Made by a program: the position numbers and the translations under genes. Below, one piece after another: positions 26,001 through 39,900 of a DNA stretch of 64,000 nucleotides (positions within the stretch are counted from its first letter, which is position 1; the number at the start of each line of letters is the position of its first letter). Where the stretch lies: the NCBI RefSeq assembly GCF_000150275.1, contig NW_002060943.1, positions 4,174,008-4,238,007 of the forward strand, given 5' to 3'. A model generated the notes under the pieces. It had not been told where the DNA came from, did no database searches, and saw nothing but the letters and a program-made list of their open reading frames with translations. The stretch comes from Trichoplax adhaerens (lineage: Eukaryota > Animalia > Placozoa).

Positions 26001-29000
26001 AATAGATTCAATCGAATGTCCTATTTCTTGATTAGTAGTATTGATTTCTTTAGTAGCGTGGTCGAGACATCTTGATGTCACAACTTCAACTTCAGTATTA
26101 CGTTTTCATTCAAGTAAAATTTGTATGTGGTATGATATTATACTCGATAATCAAGGACTGCATATGTCCTCTAAATACAAACTGTAGTTTGAAATATTCA
26201 GTATTAAGATGGCTTTCATTTTTGAATAGTGTCATAGAAGCTTGTTCCTTGCTACTCGCTATCTTCTGCAGTTGTAGTCAGCGGTTATAATCCAAGATAC
26301 AAGAGTACGAAAGGGTTAAACTCTATTTCTTTCAAGTACTATAAAAGGTGCATTATCGTACTTAATAACAAGAATGAATCGTTCAACATGTGCGATGTAT
26401 ATACTATGTAATCGGATAGGATTGACAGTCTAGATAATGTGAAATATTGTTTCTGAACATCCGTAATAGAAAGACTAAAATTAAATTGATGTTGTTATAG
26501 GTACGGTCGTTTTGGTGAAAATTCGGCATTATTGATGTTTCGTTAGGGGGAGTTATTATAATTATTCTACCGTATGTATCTACATCACTGATGGCGAATA
26601 AGCCTAGCAAAAGAATCATTCCATTGGGAAAGGTCAGGCAATTGTTTTACAGGAAATCATCTCGATGCGGTAAGCACAGGGAATAGGATCCGCAAGGGCA
26701 TGGAAATTGTAAGGTAAAAGTGTCTTTGGATGTAATCCATTGAAAACTTTTAATAGCATTAGGAGTCGCGGCATCATAGGGGATTGCAATGTACATCAAA
26801 TAGGTAAATAATAATTAATTCATATATTATTAATGGATGGGCTCAAAGTAATTTGGTAACTGCATTATTAGTGACTATATTTAGGAATTACGGTATTATT
26901 TTCATATATTATTTATGGTCCCTGCTGTATATGATATTGACAGGGGTAAAGTCATCATTGTACCTAGTAAAAATGTATTTATTTCCTTTCTATGTTAAAC
27001 AGTGAGTAACATCATTGACGCTGTGAATGTCTTTTTCAAAGTAATGTAATACATGTACATTGTACAAGGATATTCTGTTAGTAGTCTACTGTGTTAATGA
27101 AGAAAAAAGAATTTCCTATCTAGTGACAGCGTCGAATAGTCACTTGTGCTTTATAAAGTAATTGCAAATGATGACGGCTGGTAGAATGCAATAATGTCAT
27201 TATGCCATTGATGCTGATTAAAACCCTATTGACTGCAATCCTGCTGTTCATCATTTTTATTTTCACCGATTTGGGTCGGTTGTTTATTGTCGAATGTGAC
27301 TTCAAAAAGTAGAATTAGTATTGCTTGTAAAACTGTTCCTTTTTTGACCTAGGATTTGATTTGTCTAACTCTATCGAGGACGATTTACCTTCAGCCTACA
27401 ACTGTTTACTTTGTTACAATAATATCTACGATTTATCTTGATAAATATCATCGAAGAAGAAGATACTAGCGCAATTTTACAATCAAACCTTCCACTATTT
27501 TCCAACAATCTTATTCTTTTAATATTAATTAGCGGCTGCACTATAAAGAGACGAATGTAGGTTTTACAAAGGCTTCATTAAAGTTGAAAAGAATAAGCTG
27601 CCGCATCTCTAATAGAAAGCGTCGAGTAGACGAGAAGAGAACGCTTTAATCCTTTCGTAGATTTACGATATTGCTATCGCGCTATACAACCCATTTTCAG
27701 AGTAACACAATCAGAAATGCAAAGCGCCACTCGTATCGCTCTGTAGCTAATTTCTCTGTTATTTTCATATACTAGATGATCGATGCCTATCTATCTGTAC
27801 ATTAGTTCATTCCGGCGAGTAATATCAGCTCTTGAATCTGCATAGAATATACCATATCACGGCATTAATGAACTCTCGGCTAATTACTTCAAGTTGTGCA
27901 TTATTTGTCCTGTTTCGTACATTTACCCTTCATGCTCACATTGTTTATTGATATTGGCCATTAATAAGGCGAATGAATTGCCTATAGCTCTCTGTGTAAG
28001 TATTATTCTTTATGTTTCATCCATCTTATTCGTATTGCTTATATTATTGATGGGCACGATTTGTATAGCAGTATCTCGAAGTATTGTCCTTCCAATATCG
28101 TAAATTACCCATCCTATTCGTATTGCTTATTGACATTTATAGGAGATTGCTATGGAGAATTAATTTGCCTATACAGTAGGTCTCATAATATAATTATGAT
28201 TGTCCTTATTACTCAATTAACGACAGTAAATAGGATTGAACAATACGTCATGAACATATGCTCTATTTCTCATCAATGCGATTGCCGCGCCAACAATTGG
28301 CCAGGCGCAACTAGCCATCCTAGATTAGCTTTTGTAATGTTATATTTGTGGGCCTTACCCAGGTTTTGTGGAATTGAAATTGTCTCTTCCTATTACAATA
28401 GTAGAGTGCTGGAAAAAGGAAGAAGTGCATGATGACCTTATGAGATGACTAAATTCACTCATCATATTGTTGACTTGCTGAAATTTGAGTGTATTCGCCA
28501 TCACTGCTTACTTGTATCCTTGAGGCAGAGGTGACTAAACTATAATATACTCATGCAAATACGATCGCGCTACTCACCACATGTAAAATAGTCCATGCAA
28601 TTTTATGCAAAAGTGTATCATGACTTCTTCAACAATGAGTAGGTTGAATGAGAGAGTGGGTTCGTTGTTGGATAGCGCAATTTAAGTTTTATTGTATCAA
28701 GAATGGGGTCATGAGGTCGTTTTGCAATATACTGTACAATGGTGGATAATGCGAATCATGCAATATTGGCTTTACATGGTTGGAAATGGCATCGTTTTAA
28801 CAATTTTTGAAAGGTGTTTGGACAAGCATGCAATTGGCTCATGCTCGCATGATTGCTGTAAACGTAACGAATTGATTGGATTTATTAACGCACTGTATAT
28901 CATGCTATCCGAAGGAAAAAGATGCTTGTCATGATATCAATTTCATCATGAAAATGGCCATGATTCTTGTTGTTATGGAGGGTATTTTCTTCACCAGGAA

Positions 29001-30021
29001 TATGAATGAAATTGACTGCACCGCTGTTACGGTCTATTCAACTATTTGATGTGTTTGTACTCGCTGTTCCAATTGGATATTGATATCAAAATAAGGTTGT
29101 CCATTACTGTAGTACAGGTTATTTCAAATATCTGCTTTCACAGCATCCAACGACGTAAGATGAGGTCAATAAAAGAAATGCATTGAAACATGGATGATAG
29201 GGGTATTGGCCAACTGGAGACCATAGTGTAACTTCATGGATAGAAAAAGTATACCATGGAACAATGCGCACTGTATGTGCAACGCAACATCATGAATAGC
29301 ATTTGTACGCACTCGTAGACAAGGACATTGTCGAATGGTGGGTGAATGGAATCTATTTAATATGTTCGATTTAATGGATGGGCCTTGTTCATTTAGTCTT
29401 TTATGCATGCTAGTGTTGTTGTAGGCCATTCTCCAATGTCGCAAGACTGTGATACTTCTATGTATCCTACTAGGATCAACCGATGAGTATCGTCGAGTGG
29501 TTAGCACTTTGACTTTGATAATGTACGAGTACGCATTTCTTCTTGTCCGATCTAGCGAATACGCTGACCGTGTTGATTTATTGCTCTTCAACTTGTTTGT
29601 AGAATAGTATGTTGAGCAAGCTATATGGGCCATGTAGGCAATATCGTTAGCAACAACTAGCAGATTATTTGCAACTGCTGATGAATGAAGCCATGACCGT
29701 ATTCCTTGATGATACTGGTAGTTTACCAATACTTGCAGTTTGAACTCCTATCCGTGTCAATGCTGTCTAGTCACTGTTATCGACTGTATTGTCCAGTGCA
29801 ATGTGCTAAAGTAGACAGTAGCGTCGTCGTTTGGTGGTGATTGGACTCCATTTGGATTGCTTGGCGACTGTCTCGTGTGTGGTGTTGTTCCAGTTTGCAT
29901 CTTCTTTACTGGGAAATGGTTGCACAGTTTTCATCTTGCCCAATCGTAAATCGCTGCCATTTTCTACCACAGTCGAGTACAACTATCGCAGATGGGTGAA
30001 ATGAGTTGCGCAATGGCCTAT

Positions 30022-30125
30022 TAGTACAGTGCAGTGAGCTGTTTAGTGTACCGTGTACAGTCTACAGTACAGTACAGTACTGTACTGTAGACTGTCGAGT
30101 GGGGCATACTGTACAGTACAGTACG
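30022..30125. promoter_or_regulatory. TACAG/CTGTA pentamer cluster upstream of KIF21 (candidate promoter element)
   Basis: ctacagtacagtacagtactgtactgtag and similar runs about 0.9 kb 5' of the ATG, next to a CpG-richer stretch. A regulatory role is inferred from position only. Confidence 0.35.
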
Positions 30126-30573
30126 AGCGAGGGTGATGCTCGTTGGTGTCTGTGACAGTGAGGTCGTGGTCAGGTGTTGATACGTGTTGCCAACGTCAGG
30201 TGCGGTTGACTCTCGGTGCGACTCAGTCGGCATACGGTCACCAATATGCGGTCGTGTCGAGTCTAGTGTCGCCAGTGTAGTATGACCTGTACCACCAGCG
30301 GCTGACCCGCTTGCGGTGTCTATCGCCTCTTATCAAAGCGCTTCAACCCAACATGAGACACGATCGCCCTGCCTCACTCGACTGTCCAGTACGCCGTCGA
30401 ATGCAATCGATCACCAGCGAGACTCATGTTTGGGTAGTCCACTAGTGTACTGTATCAGATGGGCAGGTTGTATAACCAAAGCAATCCACTGAGAAGAAAA
30501 TCCATTTCACTGGGAATTTCAATGGCAGAGAAGAAGTTCAGGATGCCACCACCATTTCCACTAACTCCATTGG

Positions 30574-30965
30574 CCATTTTGCTTGAAGATTGATCGGGTG
30601 GTGGAGGAGAAGAGTTGCTCGACCACTTTACTTGAAGATTGATCGAGTGGTGGAGGAGAAGAGTTGCTCAACCATTTTACTTGAAGATTAATCGAGTGGT
30701 GGAGGAGAAGAGTTGCTCAACCATTTTACTTGAAGATTGATCGAGTGGTCGAGGAGAAGAGTTGCTCAACCATTTTACTTGAAGATTGATCAGGTGGTCG
30801 AGGAGAAGAGTTGCTCAACCATTTTATGTAAAGATTGATCGGGTGGTCGAGGAGAAGAGTTGCTCAACCATTTTATGTGAAGATTGATCGGGTGGTGGAG
30901 GAGAAGAGTTGCTCGACCATTTTACTTGAAGATTGATCGGGTGGTGGAGGAGAAGAGTTGCTCAA
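30574..30965. repeat. 49-bp minisatellite, 8 copies, ending about 20 bp upstream of the KIF21 ATG
   Basis: Unit ttgaagattgatcgggtggtggaggagaagagttgctcgaccattttac. Confidence 0.95.
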
Positions 30966-30984
30966 TTGTGGTATCCGTGTCGCT

Positions 30985-33900
30985 ATGACTAGTAAAGACG
31001 ATGGCAGTGTTTCTGTCCGTGTTGCAGTCAGGTAAGTCTGCATGATGTTGTCCCACAGTCGATCGCCGCTTATCCATCCTCTAATTCAATTAGGATAACA
31101 ATACACAAATCAAGAAATCACTTGCATTCAATTCAATATGATTTCCATTTCTCCACGATCGATCTTGTTATGGATACTTGAGCAACAACATGATCCATTC
31201 AACAACATCAGTTATTACTTCATTTCCATACCAGTTCATCATCACAGTTCTCTCTTACTTCATGGCACTGCAAAATCGATCGATCAGTCCTTTTATTATC
31301 ATCCATTTGAGCCCCAATTCAAAATCACCATCCATGATCTCACTACTTCAATAATATGCTGATATTGTAAGAAGGAAGGAGGTCAACAAATACGCTCGAT
31401 TGCACTGTAAAATAGATCCATAAATACGTGAATCAAATGACCATCCATAATCTCACTACTTCAATAATATGCTGATATTGTAAAAAGGAAGGAGGTCAAC
31501 AAATACAGCCCTCTCTCTTCCTCCATTGCACTGTCAAAGAGATCGATCAATACTTTTATCATCATCGATTCGACCCCAAATTAAATTACCATCCATTATC
31601 TCACTGGTTCCATAGGATGGCCACATTGTCAGAAAGAATAAGGTCAACAAATACACTCGATCGATAACTACTTTTATCATCATCCATTCGACCCCAAATC
31701 AAATTACCATCCATCATCTCACTGGTTCATTAGGATGGTCACATTGTAAGAAGGAATGAGATCAAGAAATGCAGAGGGGTTTGCTAGTTGTTAGAATAGT
31801 CCAATCCTACATTCAAGCAACCATGCCCATAGTAATTTCAGCCAATAATACTAGGATTCCTCCCCCCCAAAAATGAAACTATCATCATGGACCAAAACCA
31901 CAGGATGGCTAGGCTTGTCAATGAACTAGTTTAGTAAGTGATTGACCCAAGATGGGATAGCCTAAAATGCCTATCCAATACTGTGTAGAAAGTCATTCTC
32001 TTGCTAAATTGGATGATTTGACCTTGGTAAATCCTTGCCATTTGTCATCATCACCATTGCAGTCATTGTAAACAAATAACAGCCAATAACGTCGACATAC
32101 GCGCCTGTACTGCCATCAAATTGGCGTCCCAGTAAATGCTGCTTACCATTCGGTGCTATAAAATTCCACGTTTACCTTCATATCTGTCCATGGAAATGAA
32201 ATGTACTTTAAAAAAAAAATAATCAAGGCTTCCATTTGCAATCCCACCCTATGTCTTATGCGTGAATAAAGTGACAAGCCCCTAACAGCTTGAAAAAGAC
32301 TTGATAATTCTAACACCAATTTCTTGTTTTTGCCCATTTATTTCTTACTTCAGTACAGTAGGACAGGCTTAAACCTTCCACAGTCATTGGACAGTATAAG
32401 ATATTGAAACGTTGATGGTGTGCGATCTCCATCAAAGAGCTAGAAGCAATACATTATGTCTAGATTCTCTCCCCTTGATCAACTATTTTCACTTTACAAG
32501 GGCTAGATATCGACTAGCCATAGACCCTTACACTAGACGTATCAATGCCAATCAAGAAGAAATGATCATGTAAAATGGATGCTGCTGCTTCCATACAAGC
32601 CAGAGTCAATCTGGTATCGTAGATTGGATCTGTCTTCATTTTATTCCTTTTTTTCCCCTTCCCCCGGATTGAGCCTTCTTCAACGATAAATGATCTCGCT
32701 ATCCAGTGGCTGCAGATGCGACTAGACAGCACAGCAAGGATAAGCCAACAAACAGTAGTGTCGTACGAGTATTTTTCTATTCTGTCTGCTATCCATTTTT
32801 TAGCCAGTGGAGAAGGAAGTGGTTACATAAGAAAAAATAAGTTTGTTCATTGCCAAACATAAATCGATTGTAATTTAGCTTTATGACAGGTCGAATTGTA
32901 CTGTAGATGGCTACCTAGAAAAGGTCTTTGTTAGTAATGGCCCAATTAGTAGGATATTGAGTCAGTGATATTGCAAGAGCAAATTGACTTGACTCGAGCA
33001 CATTACCTTATCTTGTTCAATTTAAAATGGTGTTAAAATAAACGATTGTAATCAACTCAATAACCATAGAATCGATAGCCTTGATAGCCCTACAAATACA
33101 GAGAAGTGTATTCTTTTCAATAAAGATCCATTTCTTGAATCGTACTTCCCCCATTGATAGTTGATACAATAGTAAAGTATCAATGATAGCCTCAAGGGAA
33201 TACTGTATTTTCCTCTTCAATCTCCTATCCAATAAACTTGCTGTAAATGCCAATGTTCAACATCGCTATCCGATGTTAAACGACGGTATTTTTTTACACC
33301 AAAGAATGGTAGTTGAATCATTTTTGTCCACTACTCCGTTGGTGGATACATTTAGCTCATTTTATTTTCAATAAATTAACCTCCTTTCCATTGCAGTACA
33401 ATGGAGAATAATTTGCATGCAACTAGACTACCGTCATGGAGAACTTGTATAGGAAATGTCTCATTGAGTACGACAATAAATTGGATGATTATTTATCCAC
33501 GATAGTCTATGCTCGTAGAGTCAAAATCAACTCGATGCGATTGCACGTGCATACTTAGATAATGTGAATTAATAACAAGTAAAGTTCAATTTTAGTCATG
33601 ATACATTTCCATCGAAGTGATCAACACCAAAGCATCCTTTCCCCTTTCTCTCTGTAACACTTACTGGCATCAAAATCCAGACTAGTACTCCTATTTTCCT
33701 TCATACGTGTCCAAATTGAAATCCGTGATGGTATGATAAAAGGAATGAATTCGATCAAGAAGGTTAATAACAAGTAAAATTCAATTTTAGTGATGATACA
33801 TTTCCATCGAAGTGATCAACACCAAAGTACCCCCCCCCCCTTCCTCTCTGTAGCACTCACTGGCATCAATATCCAGACTAGTACTCCTATTTTCCTTCAT

Positions 33901-36900
33901 ACGTGTCCAATTGAAATCCATGATGGAATGATAGAAGAAATAAATTCGATTAAGAAGGATTACCAACAAAAACTATTTGTAATTTAAAATTCCGTATTCA
34001 TAGTATCCCCTTACATCATGAAATCTTGTTACAGAATTGGCTACACTTTATCACATTAGCCATCTTAACAAGTCGAAAAGAAACATCATAATAACATAGT
34101 AGTTGTTAATAGCAACTTTGGAGATGATGAGGTATCATTTCAAGATGGTCCAATCAATTTCCTTCCCCGTAAGTGGCCAACACTACTTTAAAGGACTTAT
34201 TTAACTTATCACATCTTGACAGCTTTTAATGATCTCTGTGTACACTACGATTATGAGAAAGTTCATTGATAGGCTAAAATGCGACACAGATTGATTCATT
34301 TGTATTCAATGTCTTACTTAGGATACGTCCTCAAAATGCCAGAGAGAAACTGGATATGTGTAGGAAATGTGTAACATGTTATGCTGATCAATTTCAAGTG
34401 GTATTGGGCAAAGACAAAGCTTTTACCTATGATTTTGTTTTCGATGAAAACATCTGTCAACAGCAGATATATGATACTTGTGTTGAATCTTTAATCGAAA
34501 GGTAATACTTTAATAAATTTCCTCAAGGAGTCCTTTTAGGAATTTATTCGTTGTCCATGATAGAGTTGAGAAATTTTTTCTCCCAATGGTGGATAATTAA
34601 TACTTCTTATTACCAAGTATATTCTAATAATGAATTGACTCTTATCCGTGTGTCTCAACAAATCTACTTCATTATGCTAGTTGCTTTGATGGCTACAATG
34701 CTACAGTCCTTGCTTATGGACAGGTAATCCAACAACACTGATTATTATTCGTTATCATGTTGAATTCTGATTTTCATTCTATACATGTTCAACATTTTAA
34801 ATAGCTAGATAATAATTATACTTGTATAGTTTTAGAATCTTTAGTAAATCATTGAATGCTTACTATCCGTGACCGATATCTACTCACTTTTTTTTTAAAG
34901 ACTGGATCTGGTAAAACGTATTCTATGGGAACAGCTTTTGATGTCAACGTTGATCCGGAAATTGAAGGTAAAATTGAAATAGTAATCCATTTTATATCTT
35001 TTCTGTCCTATCGTTTCATAATGAATGGCATACTATCATACTAGCAATGATGACCATCAATTGTCATTAGCTATAAAGTAATAGCTTATTATTTCTGAAG
35101 AGCTTCCATTTTAAAATTAGTGGCTAAAATTGAGTCATCGATTAAACTAGAGGTTGTAATATTTCATTATAAGCTTACGGTATACAAGCATATTTCCACA
35201 ATCAATTACTGATCCATTTCATTGAAAAATTTTAGGGATAATACCGCGAGCTGTTAATAATTTATTTAATGGCATAAATATTAGAAAACAAAAAGCAGCT
35301 GAAGAAAACTTACCTTCACCCGAATTTAATGTTACCGCTCAATTTTTAGAGCTATATAATGAAGAAATTATTGATTTACTTAGTACGACTAGGAATATCG
35401 AACCTAAGGTATGTCTACTATTGATTTCCTTTCCATGTACAAATATCTTTTTGTGTTTATGATGGATGTTTCATGTTTTAATGACATTGTCCCCCGTCCT
35501 TTTACATAAAAGTGTAATAGAGCCTCATTTCTCAATACTGATTGCATCGATTTATTACATTAATTGTAGGTTAAGAAAAATTTAAAGATACACGAAAGTC
35601 AAGATGGAGATATTTATGTTGCAGGTGCTACCTCAAGAACAGTGACATCTCCAGATGATACAGCGAAGTGCCTCCAAGATGGTACCTTGCTACGCACCAC
35701 TGCTAGTACCAATATGAATGCTCAATCCTCCCGTTCGCATGCTATTTTTACAATCAGCATAAGGCAGACAAGATTCGTAAAAGTATGATCAATACTGATA
35801 ATAGGATGCCTAATTATATTATTATTAATTACAATAGCTTATTGAGCAAAAAATATAGTTCTGTATATAACGATAATAGTATGTTACTTCAGAAAAGGTA
35901 ATAAAAAAATTTTAGCTGAAAAAATATTGCCATTTTCATGATTGCTTCTACGTATGTTTGTTAATAGACAATAGAACAATCTGACGAATTAGAAAGTATC
36001 AGTGCCAAATTCCACTTTGTAGATTTGGCAGGTTCAGAAAGATTAAAACGTACTGGAGCAACTGGCGATCGCGCTAAGGAAGGAATATCGATAAATTGCG
36101 GATTGGTAAACATTGCATGCATAAATTGTCATTTAATCGTACAAACTTTATTATCAATTCAATAGTAACAGAATCGTTTCGATCAATACTGAATTTGACA
36201 CAATATTTTAGCTCTCGCTTGGAAATGTCATAAGTGCTCTAGGAGATCAATCGAAAAAGGCAACTCATGTTCCATATCGCGATTCAAAACTGACAAGATT
36301 TCTACAAGATTCATTGGGTGGTAACAGTCGAACTTTGATGATTGCCTGTGCAAGCCCTTCAGATTGTGATTTCATGGAAACGCTGAATACATTAAAATAC
36401 GCGAATAGGGCTCGCAATATTAAAAATAAGGTTATATATTAGCTCGTTGAATATTTAGCAAACTATAAATATAGACTGTCGATTTTCCTATAGATACACA
36501 GTTATTGCCTGCCACAAAAGTGGTACTTTCCATGCAAACGTCTAATTATCGTTGGATAATAAATACCAAAATTGATCTCAACTATTTCTTTTACTGGTTA
36601 TCATAGGTTGTGGTAAATCAAGATCAGGCTTCAAAACAAATAGCAGCTCTACGTGCTGAATTGCAACAGTTACGAATTGAAGTCATGGAATATCGCCAAG
36701 GGAAAAGAGTAGCAGAATCCGATGGAGAACCTATTTATAGCGATCTACATCATGAAAATGTCATGCTTCAAGCAGAAGTTGACCGGTTAGGATTGCTTAC
36801 ACTATATTTTTACCATCACTTAGCGATTACTATTGAAATATATTTATTTTAAAAATTTAGGCTACGCTCACGAATTAAAGCGATGCAGCAAGTTATTGAT

Positions 36901-39900
36901 TCTCAAAAGGCTAGAAATATAAGCTTGGAAGTTAATAAAGCAACTGAAATGGTTGTAGCTGACCCCAGCAACAGTTTAGATATTTCCAAAGTCATAGAGA
37001 AATATGTAGCGGAGATTGAAAATTTGAAGTATGTAATAGTTACTTGATTTCAATCTTAATCCGTATCGCTAGCGCTAATTTTCCTATTGTGGATGTAAAT
37101 TGAAATGAATATACAGAATTCAATTAGCGGAAATTCAAGAGATGCGACGATGGAACGAGCCTACATCATCAACTGTAGTTCTAGAGTCATCTATTTCTTC
37201 AGCTGAGATTTTAAAAATCGCTAAGCAATCTTGTGAAGAAGATATGCAAAAGATGAAAGATATCGAAAAAGTAAGCTCCCTATTATTCCTAAAAGTGGCG
37301 AGCATAAATTATAACATTATTAGACTTTCACAAGATATTATGATTCATTTAATACATATTCAAAGTATACGGCGTAAAAAATAATTATTTTTATGTGTCA
37401 TTTATAGAGTGATGACTCAGACTCTCAAGATGATTCAGAAAATGAAGATGGAGGTATACTTTTTAAGTGGAATGTTATTTGTGTTTGTATGTTCAATGTT
37501 TAAATGTTTTCTTTTCCTTGGTTTAGAACTAACGGAGGATGTTGCAAAACTATCGCAGGAAATATCGGTAAAGCAAAGACTAATCTCTGAACTTGAGTCA
37601 AGTCATGAGCAAATAAATATGTTGAAAGCACAGTATGAGGAAAAAGTTGTAATTCTACAGGTAATCTAAAAAGATATATTAGCTATGAATAAAACTATAG
37701 CGCAACAATCTTCAATGTAACCTAAATTTGGTTTTAAAATTTAATCACCACATTTTTACCGATCAAACTTCTAAGAATTATTCTAAAACTTTTAAATTGA
37801 TTTTGTTTTTGCTTAAGAAAAAAATTGAAGATGCAAAAACAGAACGCGATCAAATTATGAAAACAATAGGTAAGTAATTGCTGATATCTATACATAATAG
37901 ATACCAGTCAGATAAGTAGAGAGTAAAGAGATTAATGGGTGTTGTACATGCTAGATACACTCGAGTCTGGCTCTGGTAATAAAGCTAATCAAGTTAAAAG
38001 TGAATACGAAAAGAAGATTAATAATCTCACCACGGAGTTAACAAAACTTAAGACAGCACAAAAAGAGCATAATAAGTTGCTAAAAATAAAAGTAAGAACT
38101 TTTATCCTGTAGCTATATTTATAATGAGCATGACGCATATGGGCTATTGATGCAGTCTTTCCGGTTAAGGAATTGCTTAATGATCGCTTATATTTTTACT
38201 AGACGCAGCATGAACAACAATTGCTAACCTTACGGACGGACTTACAGCGCATGAAAGAAGCAAAGGTTATTTTACTTTGTGATAAGAAAATTGAAAAGGT
38301 TAAAATGTGGATCACATGTACTTTAGTAACTTATAGGGTAATTAATAACATTAGGTCAAGTTGGTTAATCAGATGAAGCAAGACGCTAGTAGAAATAAAC
38401 AGGAGGTATTCATTTGCAATGATTTGTTATGGATTTAGTTCGGAATAATTTACTTTACTATCAAATTCTGTTCCTAATTTGAAGAAATTCGATCTTAAAT
38501 TTATTGTCTAGGGTGTGAAAAAAAATCGAGAAATTGCTAAACTTAAAAAGTTGAATCGTCAGAAAGAGGTAATGTGGTAATGTAGAAAACGAAATACTAT
38601 TATCTTCGTCCCTAATTATTATCTCGGGATAGTAAAAATAGAAAGGGCCTTATACAGGAGTAAATATCTAAAGGTCTCAATTGATCCTGTGGTTGATGTT
38701 GTTATCAACAAATTGTTAAACTTTTATTAGATTGCTATCCGCAATTTAGAATCGGATAAACAACGTCGAGAAGCTGTTTTAAAAAGGAAGCAAGGGGAGG
38801 TAAAGTTAGCAACTCATTACTTAATAGTAGAGATATTTATTTTATATTGTGTACTTGGGGATTAAGTAAGTAATTTCATACAATAGGTGGAAGTGCTTAG
38901 ACGGGAAAAAAAACAAATGCAACCTGCAGTTATTGCTTCCCAAGGAAAGATGAACCGATCTGGGATATCTTTAGATTATTCCAGGACTTCGAAGCGCACA
39001 ACGGTAGCCAAAATTTCAACTTTAGCTGGAACTTCCTCGAAGAAAAAGTGGAAGATTTTGAAAGATACCGTAAGCGATAACGTGTGATCTTTTAATTCTT
39101 CAATTCAAATTTAATTCAAACTAACGTTAAGCCTTTTATTTCTTTTTAGTTATCGAATTATGTTGCAAACAAGCAAGCACTACTATTGCTAGAAAGTGAT
39201 ATAGAAGATTTAATGCAGGTGATGCTATAACACTTAACTGTACAATTTAATGTCAAGGTCTAAATGGTTAATTTATGGGCAGAGTAGCGTCAATTTTTTT
39301 ATACGATCGATTTAAAGTTAATCGAAATCCTAATAATGTGACTTTCATTTGTTTAATTTGTATTTTGCTAATGAATTGAATGATGTATATGTAGGAACGT
39401 GAAAAACTTGGATTAGAACTAGAAAATTGTAAAAAACAGATGGAAGAGATTTCTGGAAACGATTCGGTTTGTTTTTTATCACTCTTTTGTGGCTTATTTC
39501 AGATCTGATGTAGGTACAATAATATATTCTTATATTTCTAAATGCAGGTTGAGAAAGAAAATGATGATTTGCATGATCGTGCGGAGGGTATTGTAGCGAA
39601 GCTAGAATTTATACAAGATACTATTTCTGAAAGACAGAATGAAGTTATGCATTTAACTGAAGCTAAGGTAAATCATATCTTTTCTACAATGGACTCAATT
39701 AACTTAAAGTGTCCCTTCCCAATATAATATATGACATGAAATTTTGTTGAATTGTATTACAGTTAATCGATATACTGCAATATGATCATTATTTTTGTAG
39801 GAAGAACACGATCCTACAGCAATTGTGAATTCATGCAATAGCATTTTGAACGCGAAATCTCTTTTAGAAAATTTGATATGGGAATATGCGAATAAGAGGA

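Noticed and set aside
26200-26290. Faint resemblance to a LINE endonuclease fragment on the minus strand (EDSE*QGTSFYDTIQ)
   Set aside because: Too short and degenerate, with no flanking RT or endonuclease motifs.
29166-29729. 187-aa minus-strand ORF
   Set aside because: Non-ATG start, no recognisable motif or splice context; it could at most be part of a divergent non-coding transcript.
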